Source of the DNA: the human T2T-CHM13v2.0 reference genome, Homo sapiens
NCBI RefSeq assembly: GCF_009914755.1
Contig: NC_060928.1
DNA length: 64,000 nucleotides
Direction: 5' to 3' (one strand)
Notes under the pieces: model-generated
The model's input: the letters and a program-made list of their open reading frames with translations, nothing else
Database searches by the model: none
Told to the model about the DNA's origin: nothing
Part shown: positions 15,115 through 33,899 of the stretch, piece after piece
How the letters are laid out: each line of letters starts with the position of its first letter
How positions within the stretch are numbered: position 1 is the stretch's first letter
Translations under genes and position numbers: made by a program

Positions 15115-15572
15115 TGTATTAATTTCCCAGGGCTGTCTAACGAAGTGCCACAAACTGCGCGGCTTTAGAACAACAGAATTGTATTCTCTCCTCACAGTCC
15201 GGTGGCTGGAAGTCCTCTGTCAAGCCGGCAGGGCCACGCTGCCTCTGAAACCCTCGGGGAGTCCGCCCTCGCCTTTTCCTAGCTTCTGCGGGCTCGCCGG
15301 CAGCCTGTGGGGTTTCTTGGCTTGCAGCTGCGGCACTCCAGTCTCTTGTCGCACAGCGCTCTCCCTGGGTGTCTCCGTGCTTTCACGTGGCTGTCGTATA
15401 AGGACACCAGTTATATTGAAGCAGGGGCCCACCCTACTCCAGTCCAGCCTCATCTGGACTAATTGCATCTGCACCAACCCTGTTTCCAAGTCAGGTCACA
15501 TTCTGAGGTACTGGGGTTAGGACTTTGACATATCATGTTGGGGTTGGTGGAGACACAGTTTAACCCATAACA
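15115..15572 (-). mobile_element. MLT1C-like MaLR solo LTR
   Basis: TGTATT...GTCACATTCTGAGGTACTGGGGTTAGGAC...AACCCATAACA termini. Confidence 0.85.
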
Positions 15573-15913
15573 CATAGTCCCCAGCGAGACTCGTCTGTGA
15601 GCCCTTGTGAATGTCCCTCACTTGTTTTCCTTGCCCTCCCCCAACACCAGGGCTCCTGAGAAACGCCTTTTTGGTATTGGGCTGGTGATGTGTGAAGCGA
15701 TCCACTGTGAAGCTTCCTTCCTGAGAGCTGCACAGACCAGTCTACGGCAGCTTTGGACTCCTGGGCTCCAGCCGCAGCTGCAAAACCCACGCAGTTTCTT
15801 CCCAGCTCATTGAACCTGGCCTTTTGGTTGAATGGATTTTATTTCTGAATTATTTCTTTGTGTATCTGTAGGAGCACGTCCAAGGAAAATTCTTTATTTT
15901 CACAAGATTGTGA

Positions 15914-16219
<306 letters not shown>

Positions 16220-17117
16220 CAATTTTTTTTTTTTCTTGCGGAAAATAAGTGGGCAGATTTAATAATGAGCAAATAGGCAAAACCATGAAATCAAACCTCG
16301 TTCCTTGTGTCAGAATTCAGAAAAAAGCGACTAATGTAACTGGTGCCAGGCTGTGTGTGCTGTGGTGTGTCTCTGTATGTGAGTATCTTAAACTTGTTTC
16401 ATTATCAGTTTAATTTAGCAAATGAATACGAGTTGATTCCCAGGCTGAAGCAGGTCTTGGTGGGCCATTCTGTTGGTTTGCCAGGAGAATCCTTTTGTTA
16501 TTTCCTGGAAATGCTTGAATCATAGATGAGTCTCTTCCTGCGTCCGTGTATTTCAGCTGCAGTTTTCCAAGTGTGTAATAGTGCTGTCCATAAGGAATAG
16601 CTGCTGTTACTGTGAATTGAAATACTTAACAGGTCTACTTTCAGGTGGATAAATGTCACATCCAAATTGCGTGTTAGTTTGACTTTCAGGTAACTTAATT
16701 AGCAGATTCATGTTTTGGGAAAATCTGATCTGTGATCCTGAAATTGGTTACAGTTGGTGTAATTCGTGGGTAATTAGGCGCCTTTACAGTGACTACTCTA
16801 GTCATTAGAGGGCTGGGGTAATTTGAGGTTGAAATGTGAGAGTGAGATGGAGAAGGCACTTGCTCTCTAGTCCTTAATCTTTTAATCCATTTAACCTGGG
16901 TTGTAAATTCAGGCCTTATTTTAATTTGAAAGTATGTTTAGGGAGCTGGGAAGGGGTTTCATTAATTCACCACTTTCAGGTAATATAGTTAGGAGAGGGA
17001 GGTTATTCCTAGTTGTTTATTTGGGTAAACATAAAGTTATTGTGAGTACTGGAAGGGCTCATGAAAGTTATGTTGCTCCTTGTTGGAAACAAAAGCTTCT
17101 AGATTTAAAAAATGAGC

Positions 17118-17501
<384 letters not shown>

Positions 17502-18143
17502 TCAGAAATACATTTGTGGCATGTGGAATAGGCTTTATGGACACACAGATATCAAGTAACCTGATCTCTTGCTGAGTTTAAGGCCTGTCACGTAAATGCA
17601 CACTGCTTACGTTTTCTTTTTATTTCCACTTTTGAATTGGGGATAAAAGGGGAAACTGGTGAAGGAAAGACATGTTCCTAGAGAGCTGAACACCTGTAAT
17701 ATTGACTAATAGAAGGGAAGAGAGTAGGTAGGAAGTAAGTGCAATAGGAAACTGGTAAACAGAGAAGAGAAAAACCGTGTTTTGAGATGGATTGGAGGCA
17801 TTTTTTGTCCACACACTTGCTTTGGGGATTTTTATTAGGTAGACGGTAATTAGAGGTGTCAGTCATATGAAAGTAAATCACTAGTCTTTCGTATTACTGT
17901 TTTCTCAGTGGTCCTTATCAGTTTTTTTTGTTGCTCTGTAATCATTCATATGGTAAGACTTAACTTTTAGTCATGTAAATTTGTTTAGGGACAATTTAAA
18001 CTATTTTGTCAAATTAGTCGTTTTATTCCAAGTTGTACGTCTTATGCATTTATTTAGTATAGTGAAAGCCTTATATACACATTTAATATAATTAGTCTCT
18101 GGATATTTGGATTATTTTTTAGTAGTACTTTTTTAGAGTGTGG

Positions 18144-18758
18144 GTTTTTTCTTTTCTTTTCTGTTTTTGAGACAGTGTCTGGTTCTGTCACCCAGGCTGG
18201 AGTTCGGTAGCCCAGTCTTGGCTCACTACAACCTCAGACTCCCGGGCTCAAGCCATCCTTCCACCTCACCCTCCTGAGTAGCTGGGACTACAGGCACTTG
18301 CCACCGTGTCTGGCTAATTTTAAAATATTTTTTGTAGAGACAAGGTTTCATGTTTCCCAGGCTGGTCTTGAACTCCTAAGCTCAAGTGATCCACCCACTC
18401 CCCAAAGTGTTGGGATTGTAGGCAGGAGCCACCACACCTGGCAGTTTTTTCCTTCTTGTTTTGAGATGGGGCCTTGCTCCATCACCCGAGCTGGAGTGTA
18501 GGTAGCATGATCATAGCTCGCTGCAACCTTGAAATCCTGGGCTCAAGCGATCCCCCTGCCTCAGCCTTCCAAGTAGTGGGGACTATTGGTCCATGCCACC
18601 ATGCTTAGCTAATTATAAAAAAAAAAAAAGAAGGTTTTTAAAAGATGGAGGTCTCACTATGTTGCCCAGGCTGGCCTCAAACTCCTGCGCTCAACAGTTC
18701 TCCCATTTTGGCCTCCCACAGTCCTGGGATTACCGGCATGAGCCACTGCACATAGCCC
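18144..18758 (-). mobile_element. Two tandem AluJ (18144-18441, 18445-18758)
   Basis: Two diverged dimers. Confidence 0.9.
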
Positions 18759-19507
18759 AATTTTTTCTTTTTAGTTCACTTTAAATTAAAAATAGAGTTT
18801 GAAGAAAATTAGAATTTTAGCTAAACCTTATCCAAATTATTACATTTTCCAAATTGATGAGGCTTCAGGGAGATTTTCAAATATTCTGAATCCTTATTAA
18901 TATGCACAAAACTTTGTTTAAATCATAGGCGGAATCTCAAGGTTGTGTGTAAAATAAGTCTACCACTTTGGACTTGGGAAAACAAATATTCTGATGTAAT
19001 AAGTGATTAGAAGAAAATATAATAGTAATATGAAACTGGCATGGCATGCCTGCTAGACAGCCCCTGAAGCATATTGGTTAAACTAGTAGGTTATAAACAC
19101 AGTCTGTGCTCTGAAGGAATGTATATAGTTTTAAGAGAAGGAACATGTGACTTGGGCTACACTTAAAGTGTAAGGTGTGTTTATGAGCAGAGTTTTAAAT
19201 TTAGGTGTTTTTTTTAACTTATATATCTTTTCTGGCTTTGTATAATTTGGCTCAGGGCTGGGGGCAGGGTGGAAAGAATAGACTGGAAAGTGGGGACCAA
19301 GATGGAGGAGTTGAGTGGATAAGAGCAGCAGGCTGAGCTCAGGAGGAGAACTTGATAAGGAGTAGGGGAAAGGAAGGTCAGGAATGAGCCAAGGCTGGGA
19401 GATCAGATGGTGAGATACAGGTGGATGTGGTAATGATGACCTGAGGCAGGAGATTTTTGTCTAACCTCAAGGTAGGGTAGTAGCTCAGTGGCTAAAAGAT
19501 ATGCTTG

Positions 19508-20117
<610 letters not shown>

Positions 20118-20330
20118 CGCTTGGAGCCAGACCGTCTGGGTTTGAATCTGATGTCATACTGCTTAGCTGGTGACTTTTGGTGAGTTGCCAAACCTCTCCA
20201 TGCCTTAGTTTGCCCCTCTCTCAAATAGGGGTATTGTTAATAGTACCTACCACAGAGTTTGTTTTGAAGATTACATAAATCTGTGTAAGGCATTTAAAAG
20301 CCTTGCATGTAAATGCTCTAATGTTACCTG
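20118..20330 (+). mobile_element. MIR (5' piece at ~19475-19507)
   Basis: GAGCCAGACCGTCTGGGTTTGAATC...AATAGTACCTACCACAGAG. Confidence 0.75.
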
Positions 20331-20469
20331 CTATGAAGTTGAAAAGGTCATTTTCTTAGTGGTGGCTGCTGTGTAACAGTGATAAGGTTTCCTGATCTGG
20401 CTGACACCGTTCCCTGGCTTCCGGGTGACAGAATCCTTTTTTTAATGAGTTGTGTCTGAGAAGCTAGAA

Positions 20470-20630
20470 TTGTTGTGGGTAAGGACCTGGGCTCTGGGTT
20501 TGAATCCTATCTCTGTGGCTTTCCAGCTATGTGATCTTGAGCCTCAGTTTTCTCATCTGTAAAAGTGGGCCAGTAGTACCTATCTCGTAAGGTAAGGATC
20601 CCAGGGGTTAGTCTATGTGAAAGAAACTGT
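20470..20630 (+). mobile_element. MIR
   Basis: GAGCCTCAGTTTTCTCATCTGTAAAA core. Confidence 0.78.
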
Positions 20631-21410
20631 TAATAGTGGAATTTGTAGTTGGCATCGCATATCAAGGTGTGTGCGTGCTTTAGCGAAATTCCATTCTTAA
20701 GAATTTCTTAAGGAAGTAGGATAAATTTACAAGCTGTATTTACAATTATATCCATCTGTTTATATTGGGGAAAAATTAGGAGCAACTTAATGTCCAATAG
20801 TACATCCATATGGATAATGTAGTACAATATTTGACAGAGAAAGGTGTTTATGATACTTCTTTACAGAAAAATTTTCTGTGGAGTCTGGAAGAATCTTCTA
20901 AAATATTCAGTGTTTTCATTTGCTAATGAGATTGTATTTTTTTATTATGCCATAAGGTACATTAAAAAGTAAGACATCTTGACTTGGGGAAACTCACAAT
21001 AAGGGGAAACAGACGTTTAGACATAACTATCTTTAATATCTGATACAACAGTCTTATTGTCCTGAGCACCGTGAACCGAGGAAAGCCCCTTCTGCCAAAG
21101 TTTTCATCCTGTTGCAGACCTTGCCTACGGCTGTCTCACCTAAACAATAGGAAGTTGTCTTCTTGCAAATGAGGAGTGATTATGAGGCTATGGAAAATGG
21201 AAAAGCTGGAAAGTTCTTTAGCTAACAGCTCTCCGTCGGGAGCGCTAAGAGGGCCTCAGCACCAGTGGGCTTGGTTAGGGGGATATTTTAGACATTTGCT
21301 CTGAGACCAGTGCATTGGGTGACCTGCCGGGGCTCCTGCTCTGCCGGGTGTTCACCCTTTACCTGCGTGATCCGGGGAAGTGTGAGAGGGGTCTGGGGAG
21401 GGGCAGTAGC

Positions 21411-22361
21411 TATTCACCAAACTCTGAACCCAAAATATCTGAGACAGATCTGTACCAAATTAGAAAGTTGGTTTTATGGCCAGGCATGGTGGCTCACGCC
21501 TGTAATCCCAGCACATTGGGAGGCCGAGGCGGTGGATCATCTGAGGTCAGTAGTTTGAGATCAGCCTTGCCAACATGCTGAAACCCCATCTCTACTAAAA
21601 ATACAAAAATTAGCCGGGCGTGGTGGTATGCACCAGTAGTCCCAGCTACTCAGGAGGCTCTGAGGTAGGAGAATTGCTTGAACCTGGGAGGCATCCTAGG
21701 TTGCAGTGACCCGAGATTGTGCCATTGCACTCCAGCCTGGGCGACAGAGTGAGAATCCGTCTGAAAACAAAAAAAAAAAACAAGTAAGTTAATTTTGCCA
21801 AGGTTAAGGATATGCCCGGAACACAGCCTCAGGAGGTCCTGTGCCCAGGGTGGTCGGGATACAGCTTGCTTTTATATATTTTAGGGAGACATGAGACATC
21901 AATGAGTAGGTATAAGGGGAGGGCAGGGGCTTCCAGGTCATAGGTGGGTAAGAGAGAAAAGGTTGCATTCTTTTGAGTCCTTGATTAGTCTTTGAGTGAA
22001 TACACAATTTAGTCTGCCTCAGTGAATGCATTTTTACATAAACAATAGGTCAGAGGAAGCAATCAAATATGCATTTTTTTCAGGTGAGCAGAGGGATGAC
22101 TTTCTGTCTCCACCTGTGAAGATGAGCTATCAGTTTACATTGCCAGGGTGAAATCCAACAGAACGTTCTGGGGTAAAGATCTTGAGGCCTACAAGGAATT
22201 TCCTTGTGGGTAAATTGTGAGGGAGGTATGTAACTTTTAAAATCTTTGTAGCTATCTTATTTAGGAATAAAACGGGAGGCAGGTTTGCCTGGCATGATTC
22301 CCAGCTTGACCTTTCCCTTGGCTTAGTGATTTTTGGGTACCGAGATTTAGTTTGCTTTCAC
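21411..22361 (-). mobile_element. MER4A-type ERV1 solo LTR with an AluS (+, 21478-21783) inserted
   Basis: Reverse strand begins TGTGAAAGCAAACTAAATCTCGGTACCCAAAAATCACTAAGCCAAGGGAAAG. Confidence 0.85.
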
Positions 22362-23003
22362 AAAACAAGTGTGGAACTGTTTCAGTGGAGTAATGAGGAT
22401 GTGGCTGTGCTGAGCTTAAAGGGGCGGATGTCAGCCCTGGCCAGAAAAGAAGTCTGAAGATGGATTCCTAGAGTGCCAACAAGGCCTCCGAATGCCAAGC
22501 TAGCCCCTCTCGAGGGCGGCGAGACCTGAAATCAGAAAGGCAGTTTCTTTAAAATAATCCCATTCAGAGTTGGGGCATCAAAATAGATTAGGCTATGGGT
22601 TTAACGGATAGGAATTCTTTAGAAAGGTATCAAATTATCCTTGCCTAAGCATTACTTCACAGGCTGGTCCTAACCTAGTTTTGCAAAACAAATCAAAACA
22701 TTTTAAATCCATGGAACACTTTATTTAAACAGAATTTTCTGTAGAAGCCTGGTACAAAAATTAAATACGGGGCTGCTCCATTGCATCGAAAACGGGGAGG
22801 CCCACTGAGGCACAGGGATAGTTGCTTTTCCAGGACCACCCCCCTCATGTCAGTATTATTCAGCAGGGAACACAACCCGTTCCCCCAGCCCCACAGGGAT
22901 TTCAGTAATCTAAGTCCCCTCTGCATAGGTCACTGTGACAGTGTCATTGTCATTCTCTTTGGTTTTGTTAGTGAAAGATTTAGGATTCAGTGTTTATGAA
23001 GAC

Positions 23004-23605
<602 letters not shown>

Positions 23606-25863
23606 AAGATTTTCGAAGGGAATGTTTTTGAGGACTTTGGGGAAAGTTTGTCTCCCCTCTGAAGGATGCCCGTGAGTGTGTGCTGCTGAGAGGATGGCAG
23701 AATGGCAAGGTGGGAGCATTCTGCAAGCATCATGACATCATTGAGCTACTGAATCAACCTTCCCTAGAACTGGCTTCCAGGACTTTGGGTCATATGAGTC
23801 ATGTGAGAAAAATATTCTCCTCTACCTTTTTCTGAGTTAGGCCTCATGCTGCTTGAAGCTGAAAACATCCTGTTACACCTCGGTTTTAAGCACCCTCCCC
23901 TGGCCTCTGAGATAAGCCTCTCAGGAACCTGTGGCTCTCTAACCCAGTTTGAAACGTTTTGCTCTCCATAGAATTGTGTACCAGGAGAGTTATATTGATT
24001 AAATTAGGTCTTACATTTTATGTTATATATTCAGAGACATATATTTGTAGTCTGCATTTCAGGTAAAGCGTTTTCCATGTTGGAGGTCAAATCCCACGAG
24101 GTTCACGTATCTATTGCTGCTGCTTTACCCTGTTCTGGAAAAGAAAGTTATTTGCCTGCCGAACGCACAGACATGAGATTAGAAAGTGATGACAAGCGTT
24201 AATGCTTGGCTCTTTTTATCATAGACTATACTCTTTTCTACTCTATTATTTCATCTGTGTTTGTGTAACATGTATCTCACAATGCAGAAATCTTTTTTTT
24301 CTTTTTGTTATGAAAAATTTCCAAAAAAAAAAAAAAAAAAAAAGAAAAGTTGAGAGACTTGTACGGTGAACACCCAGATACACATCTCCTAGCTTCTACA
24401 GACATCCTTAAGGGTTCTGATGGCAGAGATCCGTGTGTAAGCATTTTGAAGTTTTTGGCTAAAGAAAAACGTTGTGTTCCGTTCTTTTTTTATTGTGTCG
24501 GATTTAAGGCACAGCTCCTGTTCAGCCTGCCTGCTATTCTCTGAGTTTATGTAAGTTTGAGGAGGTGGGTGGGAGAAGATGTAGGAGGATGGAAAATGAG
24601 CAGCTTGCTTTATTCACAAATGATGCTTGGTAGGCTCTGGACAGAGCCAGGGGTTTGGGGGAGTCCTGAGCATGGTGCCCTTGATCTGCTCTTGCACCCT
24701 CTGAGGCTGAGGGGCCTGGGAGGAGCCCTCCTCTGCTGGGAACTTTTCCTAAAAGCCCACTTACGGACAGAGAGGCAGGGTTTACAGCAGCAGAGCCAAG
24801 GAGGGCTGAGGCCAGCTTCCTTTGCTCTCCCACTCATTCCCAGCTCGCTATTTAATTTGACATCCTGGAACATGTGTTTCAGTGAATTGGTTCATAAAAA
24901 TGTTTTTTGCAGGATTCTGGAATAGAGGCTGCACATTCTTTAGATACATGGCTAATCGCACTATGTGAGAGAGCGTGTGGGTGTGTGTGTATTTTTGGAG
25001 GTGGGTAGGGAAGTGGGGGGTGAGCAGAGTTCTTTCAAGCTCTCTCTTCACAAGATGCAAATGTTTTTCCCCTTAGGGTTTATAGAGAGTGTGAACAATG
25101 AGGAGTTGAGATCCTGTGGCCCTTTGGTCCCCAGGGTCTTCTCATTCGGCCCTACTGAGCAAGGCTGGCTTCCCATTTGCTCTCATCTTTTTCTCCTTCA
25201 GTCACTCTGGAAACTAGTAGTTAGGAGCTGGAAATTGAGAAGCTGCCATTTAGGAGTTTATGCAACAAATGCAGAGGAGAGTCTGTTCCAGACTTTGCAG
25301 TTATATCAACTTAGAGCTTTTGCCAACCTTTCTTGGAAAAAAACCCACTGGAATTAAGTGAAACTTCACAACACTGCACAATGTAGCCAATTCTGCATTT
25401 GGGGTATGTAAGCCTGGAACTGTGGGAAGCTGGAAGTTGCCCCTTAGTATTAACGTTTGTTTTTGTTGTCCTTTTCCTTGAATGTAGTCTTACGTAGAGA
25501 ACTTGGACAGCCTGTCATTTTCCAAAACCTCTGTGGCTCATCCTAGGCACAACTCATGTCTCTCCTTTCTTCTGTTAGTGTTTAGGGATGGGCCAGGCCT
25601 GAACTAACCGTTTCAGGGCTCCGAGGCTGCGCCTTGTAACTTGTGAGCACTGGTTCTGGGCAGTCGCCTCCCTGCGGTTAGTGGTGCCCAGCCTCCAGTC
25701 GCTGTAGCTCAGACATGGCCTCGGGAGGTTTGGAGGATGCCCAGCGCTTGTCTGCCCATTGTTGCTGACCTGCCGCATTGTGTGATATGGCTCCATGTGC
25801 ACATCTTCCATGGATTTATCAGTCTTGACAGGAGTCTTCCACTTTCTGCCAGTGATGAAATAG

Positions 25864-26168
<305 letters not shown>

Positions 26169-26184
26169 CCTTATGACATTCTTA

Positions 26185-27200
<1,016 letters not shown>

Positions 27201-27232
27201 TAGAACTATCTTAGCCTATTGAGACCAAAGAA

Positions 27233-27281
27233 ACACACACGCTCACACACGCGTGCATGCACACACACACAGGCATGTGCA
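27233..27281. repeat. Imperfect (CA)n microsatellite
   Basis: ACACACACGCTCACACACGCGTGCATGCACACACACAC. Confidence 0.8.
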
Positions 27282-27646
27282 CTTTTTTCCTAGTTGTGAA
27301 AATCGATGGAATGACTACATGGCTTAGTCTCCTCTTTCTCCAGAGACGCCGTTTAATGATCAGATAGAAATTTAAAAGGTTAATAAAAACCTATAGTGAA
27401 GAAATGCTATCAGTTGATAATAGAGTTAAAAAAAAATTCTGGAAGATAGAAAGTGGATAACTGATAGAATATGGTAACTGATGAAAGTGGAAGATTAACA
27501 GGGTACGCCAAGTACCCTGCACAGTGGATTTAGAGAATCCCACCAAGCATATTGTGAAATTTTAGAATAGCAAGAATAATGACCATACTGGATGCTTAAC
27601 TAAAGAAGTGGGACTTATAATGCCCACCTCACAGGGGTTTTGCAAG

Positions 27647-27942
27647 TTTTTTTTTTTTTTTTTTTTTGAGACGGAGTCTCGCTCTGTCACCCAGGCTGGA
27701 GTGCAGTGGCGCGATCTTGGCTCACTGCAACCTCTGCCTCGGGTTCAAGCAATTCTGCCTCAGCCTCCTGAGTAGCTGGGACTACAGGCGCGTGCCACCA
27801 CACCCGGCTAATTTTTTGTATTTTTAGGAGAGACAGGGTTTCACCGTGTTAGCCAGGATGGTCTCGATCGCTTGACCTCATGATCCGCCTGCCTCGGCCT
27901 CCCAAAGTGCTGGGATTACAGGTATGGGCCACTGTGCCCAGC
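27647..27942 (-). mobile_element. AluS inside a MIR (+, ~27600-28020)
   Basis: TSD GTTTTGCAAGT; MIR 3' sequence resumes after it. Confidence 0.93.
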
Positions 27943-28104
27943 TGAGTTTTGCAAGTATTAATGTAAATAATGTGAGTAAAGCCTCTACTGTATTTTCTGG
28001 CACATGGTAAGGAGTCTCAGGGTATGTGTGCAGGTGTTGTATTACTTCTTGCCATCACTTTTCTTACCATCATCACTGTCACTGCTATGGTGGTGAAGAA
28101 GCAT

Positions 28105-28864
<760 letters not shown>

Positions 28865-30059
28865 GTGAACCTTATTAGTATACTCAATCCTAGGCTTCTG
28901 TAAGGTATCATTTATTCTGACTCTTTGGGAGTTAACACGAAGGATCATTGATATATTAACTTGTGCGTTGGTTGAAAAATGAATTATGTGTAAACTAATC
29001 ATTAAACCATAGAAGCTTTTCAAATGGCTGAATGTGCATTGAAATGGCTTCTGCTGAAAAAGTTCAGTTTAACATTACTTTGAAAAACTTCTGCGTATAG
29101 AAGAAAATTGCAAATTATTGAAACTATCTTATGACACTGGTATTAGTCATACATTATTTGGGATGGAGATAATTCATGCAGATTGCTTTGAGTATGAGAA
29201 GATGCTTAGAGCATTTGGTGTTTATAATTTCTTGTTACTTGATCTCTCTGCCCTGGAAGTGCTATAACTCTTGATTGTCACTCCTGAGAAATCTATGTCT
29301 TAGGTTTTTCACATTATTACCTTCTATTATGAAGATAACTAGGGGTCAATGACCCTTTTCCTAGATGTAACATTTCTAGAAAGCCAATTACTGCAAAGTC
29401 TCATTTTGCAGGGTCATCTTTTTTTTTTCCTCTACTCTTCCTGACCATGTTTATTCCTATTGACCCAAATACTTGAGATTTATTTTTAGTTAGAAGAACT
29501 CAGAGATGCCTAAAGGCTAATCTTAAACTCTATAAACTACATTAAAACAAAGATATAATTTCAGTTTCTCACACTTAACTTGGAGAGTGTTTTCTCACTT
29601 AGAAACTTTCTCAAAAACCTTAACACTTAGCAAATGCACATGTGATGTTTTCCATTGCTATAACTTTCTCATTTAATTCACTTTTTCCTTTATTCATTTT
29701 TAGAATACGGGGGAACATTTCAGGGATTTGGTTATTCCTCCTTTCTCTGGGAGCATAACATCACTTGTAAAATTGTACAAAGATAGGACAGGATTAACCT
29801 TTTAGGTAGGATAGAGTAGGATAAGGTTCAAGTGACTTGGCATAAAAGGGACAGCTTTTTAAAATAAGGCAAAATGAGTAGCTTCTGTCTATGAGCTACT
29901 GTTATTTTCAGATTTACTCATTATTTATACAAAATTCTATTTAAAGTAACTAAGATATTTTGAAAAAACCTGTTAGGATATACTATTGGGTAAACAGAAA
30001 TACTAATAGTTAAAAAAAATTGGTGCATATTAAATTAATGCCTTCATTTCATGGCCGGA

Positions 30060-30270
30060 CTCAGGACAAAGAGTCATGATGTGGGTCCTACAACTTACTA
30101 GTGATATGATTTGGGGCAAGTCACTTAACTTCTGAGTTAGACGGGGTTTTACCAGAAGCAGAATGAGGCTAATGTCTGTCTTGCTAGCCTCATTGCAAGA
30201 ATGTAATAAGACACGGGTTATAAAAGTACTCTAAAAGTGATGAAGGGTCATGAAAATGTAAGGTTATGTT
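30060..30270 (+). mobile_element. MIR
   Basis: GGGCAAGTCACTTAACTTCTGAG. Confidence 0.65.
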
Positions 30271-30400
30271 TTACAAAACTCACAGCTGAGTCTAGAAACA
30301 ATTCTTTAATAAGGAAAGACAATTAGAAAACCTCACTTCTCTGATTTTTCAACGTATATTGAAGCCTTTGCTTTTAAATATACTGTATAGTGAATGTTAA

Positions 30401-31031
<631 letters not shown>

Positions 31032-31449
31032 CTTGTTCTTTATGCTAAGCAAGAGAAATATTATTTTGCTGATTGATCAGTCTGAGTTGTAATATAAATT
31101 TTCTTATAAATAATGATTTTTTTCACTTACCCTGTAGAATTAGCAAAATTTTATAAGTCTCTTAACTAGGTTATGAGATTTGCTTTCACAGAAAGACTTT
31201 TCCCATAAACGAATGAAACTTAGGATACATGAGAAGCAGAATCCTTGACATTTTGCTTCTTCATCTCATTTGCCACAGACAACATGCCATTGTCAAGGAT
31301 GGATGCATTCACTTGAATCTCAGCTTGTTTTTTCAGAGTGACCAGCCTTGCTGAGTTGTAACAGAGGTTAGGTTTCCAGGGGGGCATGTGTGAGCAGAGG
31401 ATGGGTTGGCTAGGAGCGAACTGTGGGGTGCAGAGCAAATGTCAGGGAA

Positions 31450-32028
<579 letters not shown>

Positions 32029-32569
32029 TGTCCTGAAGGGGAAAAGCAAAATGTAGGTCATGGTTCCTGGTATTCAGGTTGTCATTGTGTTTAGAGGTAA
32101 GTTCAAAGCTCATGACACATTACTGGTATGAGACAGTACTATAATTTTATTTCCCAGCTAAAATATCTTATACCCCTAAATGAGTTGAGCAGCGAAATCA
32201 TACAAATTCAGAAAAAGAGAGCTAATTTGGGGCCAGAATGGTGAGAGAGGGACTTGTGAAATAGCAGGAAAAGGCTTGAGAGGAACTGGAGACATCAAGT
32301 TGGAATGAGTAAGAGTGTGCCCAGGGTGTGGTGAGGAGGCTGCCTGGCCAGAGCAGGGGGCTTGTTTTGTGTGTCCAGCATGTGTCTCAGATATTTCGTA
32401 CCAGATCTTGATAGCTTGAATTCTTGTCTTTGAAATTACAACTTTTTCATGTAGTAAAAAAGATCAGAGGGAAGTATTTGAAGTAGAACTAACTTAGGTA
32501 TAATTGCGCTGTGAAGGTGAAAAACAATAGTAGAGTCGAACTAATATTTAAAATCCAAGAAAAGGCTCT

Positions 32570-32990
32570 AAAACAAAAGATGACCTGAATCTACATATTG
32601 GAAGAGCCCACCAGGTGATACCTGGGAAAAGTAACCCAGAATTATAAACTCTGAGATACATTCTATTAGATTTCAAAGATAAAGAGAAAAAATTTCTCAA
32701 GGATTCCTTGCAAAAAAAGATCGTATGGTTTACGGGGACAAAATAATTTGACTGTCATCACATTTCTCAAAATGATGTACAAAGCAAGGTAACAATGGAG
32801 CAGCATTTTGAAAAGATTTTAGGGAGTGACAGCCAAGGATTTTATCCCAGCCAGGCTGTCCTTCAGGTATCAAGAATAGAGAAACAGTTTACACAGTGAC
32901 TCAGGGAATTCTGTACTTTAAGCCCTTACTGTTAGAGGGTGAACTGCTTCATTCAACCAAAAAATGAGTAAATTTCAGCAAAATGACTGA
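32570..32990 (+). mobile_element. HAL1/old L1 ORF1-like remnant
   Basis: Degenerate I.RAH.VPGK, DFKDKEK, RILYPA.LSF motifs (GGATTTTATCCCAGCCAGGCTGTCCTTCAG). Confidence 0.65.
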
Positions 32991-33004
32991 TACTAAGTAT
33001 TTAC

Positions 33005-33845
<841 letters not shown>

Positions 33846-33899
33846 GCTTGCTTTTTCTCTAGTAGAAGACTGTGTTTACAGTGGTAAGTTAGGAAGATG

